Assembly: GCF_009914755.1 (NCBI RefSeq)
Contig: NC_060929.1
DNA: 64,000 bases
Source: the human T2T-CHM13v2.0 reference genome, Homo sapiens
Direction: 5' to 3' (one strand)
The notes under the pieces were generated by a model, which ran no database searches, was not told the origin of the DNA, and worked only from the letters and a program-made list of their open reading frames with translations. Within the stretch, counting starts at the first letter, position 1. Every line of letters starts with the position of its first letter. Of the stretch, positions 62,701-64,000 are shown piece after piece. The position numbers were made by a program, and so were the translations under genes.

Positions 62701-64000
62701 CCTTTAAACCGCTCTATCAAAAGAATGGTTCCACTCCAAGAGGTGAATTCACATATCACGAAGAAGTTTCTGAGAATGCTTCTGTCCAATTTTTATGTGA
62801 GGATATTCCCTTTTCCATCATAGGACTCAAGTCGCTCTAAATATCCAATTTCAGATACTACAAAAAGACTGTTTCAAAACCGCTCTCTCAAAGGGAAGGT
62901 TCAAGTCCGTGAGTTGAATGCACACATCACAAAGCAGTTCCTGAGAATGCTTCTGTCTAATTTGTATCTCAAGTTATTTCCTTTTCCATCATAGGCCTCA
63001 AATCGCTCCAAATATCCACTTGCAAATACTACAAAAAGACTGTTTCGAAAGTTCTCTCTCAAAAGGAAGGTTCAACTCTGTGAGTTGAATGCACACATCA
63101 CAAGGCAGTTTCTGAAAATGCTTCCGTCTAGTTTTTTATTTGAAGGTATTTCCTTTTCCTTCTTCGGCCTCAAATCACTGCAAATATCCACTTGCAGACA
63201 CTACAAAAAGACTGTTTCAAAACCGCTCTCTCAAAAGGAAGGTTCGACTCTGTGAGTTGAATGCACACGTTACGAAGCAGTTTCTGAGAATGCTTCTGTC
63301 TAATTTTCAGGTGAAGATATCACTTTTTCCAACATACGTAAAAAAGTACGGGAAATGAACACTTGCAGATTCTACAAAAAGTATGTTTCAACACTGCTCT
63401 ATCAAAAGAAAGGTTCAACGATGTGAATTGAACACACACATCACAAAGGAGTTTCAGAGAATGCTTCTGTCTAGTGTTTAAGTGACGATATTACCTTTTC
63501 CCACATAGGCAACAAAGCGCTCCAAATGAATACTTGGGGGTTCTACAAAAAGTGTGTTTCAACACTGCTCTATCAAAAGAAAGTTTCAAGTCTGTGAGTT
63601 GAATGCACACATCACAACGAACTTTCTGAGAATGCTTGGGTCTACTTTTTATGTGAAGATACCCGTTTCCAACGAATAACTCAAAGAGTTCCAAATATAC
63701 ACAGTCAGATACTGCAAAAGGAGTGTTTCATTCCTGCTCTGTCAAAAGACAGTTTCAACTATGTTAGTTGAATGCACACATCTCAATGAAGTTCCTGAGG
63801 AGGCTTCTGCCTAGTTTTTTGTGAAGATATTCCCTTTTCCACCATGGGCTTCACAGCGCTCCAAATGAAAAATTCCGGGTCCTACCAAAAGACTGATTCA
63901 AAACTGCTCTCTCAAAAGGAAGGTTCAACTGTGTGAGTTGAATGCACACATCACAAAGCAGTTCCTGAGAATGCTTCTGTCTAGTTTGTATGTGAAGATA
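59746..64000 (-). repeat. HOR haplotype layer D (end of copy 22 to partial copy 24)
   Basis: New alleles CAACGACTTC, CTCTTAAAAG, TCTAATTTTCAGG, CTCAATGAAG and AAAAATTCCGGG, plus many singletons in copy 23. Confidence 0.82.

Larger units (their letters stand above)
1..64000 (-). repeat. Alpha-satellite (alphoid) centromeric tandem array, ~171-bp monomers, about 374 monomers, single orientation
   Basis: Alphoid hallmark motifs such as TGTGAGTTGAATGCACACATCACAAAG, TTTCTGAGAATGCTTCTGTCTAG and CACTTGCAGATTCTACAAAA recur every ~171 bp from start to end. CENP-B boxes read on the - strand. Confidence 0.99.
97..64000 (-). repeat. 16-mer higher-order repeat, unit 2734 bp, ~23.4 tandem copies
   Basis: The anchor TTTGAAGGTATTTCC (ORF-track starts 262, 2997, 5726, 8460 ... 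63140) recurs with periods 2735, 2729 and then exactly 2734 for 21 consecutive intervals. 2734/171 is about 16. Copies are near-identical, whereas neighbouring monomers clearly differ. Confidence 0.98.
97..64000 (-). repeat. Tentative family: SF5-like (irregular A/B monomer alternation) 16-mer HOR; candidates include human D7Z2 or a chr5/19-type SF5 16-mer, or an ape orthologue
   Basis: Only 4 of 16 monomers are B-type, spaced 3, 4, 2 and 7 monomers apart. This is unlike the dimeric SF1/SF2 arrays or the box-rich SF3 16-mer D17Z1. A ~2.7-kb SF5 16-mer is known on human chr7 (recalled knowledge, not verified by alignment). Confidence 0.5.

Noticed and set aside
262-63694. Repeating 67-102 aa ORFs on both strands in the ORF track
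   Set aside because: They recur at the 2734-bp period, often start at TTG/GTG, appear and disappear with single satellite SNPs, and are typical chance translations of alphoid DNA. There is no recognisable domain and no sign of coding constraint.
1-64000. CRISPR-like or repeat-spacer array
   Set aside because: The sequences between conserved motifs are homologous monomer segments that repeat exactly each HOR, not unique spacers. There are no cas-like ORFs.
1-64000. Assignment to the chromosome 17 16-mer D17Z1
   Set aside because: D17Z1 is an SF3 W1-W5 pentamer-derived HOR with many CENP-B boxes. This unit has only four B-type monomers, none adjacent.
1-64000. Transposon (L1/Alu) insertion, inversion or HOR structural variant (monomer deletion)
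   Set aside because: The period stays 2734 bp (only +1 and -5 bp deviations) and the orientation never changes, leaving no room for such events.

Overview
The whole 64 kb is one uninterrupted primate (hominoid-type) centromeric alpha-satellite array, read opposite to the conventional alphoid orientation (CENP-B boxes on the - strand). It consists of ~171-bp monomers organised into a 16-monomer higher-order repeat (HOR) of 2734 bp, with about 23.4 head-to-tail copies. Copies are numbered 1-24 from the anchor at 262, 2997, 5726, 8460 ... 63140. I see no genes, transposons, inversions or HOR structural variants, and all listed ORFs are artefacts of the repeat. Four of the 16 monomers are B-type, and three of those carry an intact CENP-B core, irregularly spaced. 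This fits an SF5-like 16-mer rather than a dimeric or pentameric SF1-3 array; the exact chromosomal array cannot be fixed from reading alone. I found no new protein-coding system. The interesting information is in the repeat architecture: (i) a cryptic ancestral ~5-monomer unit inside the 16-mer, (ii) four or five spatially segregated HOR haplotype layers with mappable crossover points, (iii) an 8-copy expanded layer that lost one CENP-B box, (iv) variants shared between distant copies, and (v) a probable array edge in the first ~100 bp. All variant calls were made by eye and should be confirmed by alignment.
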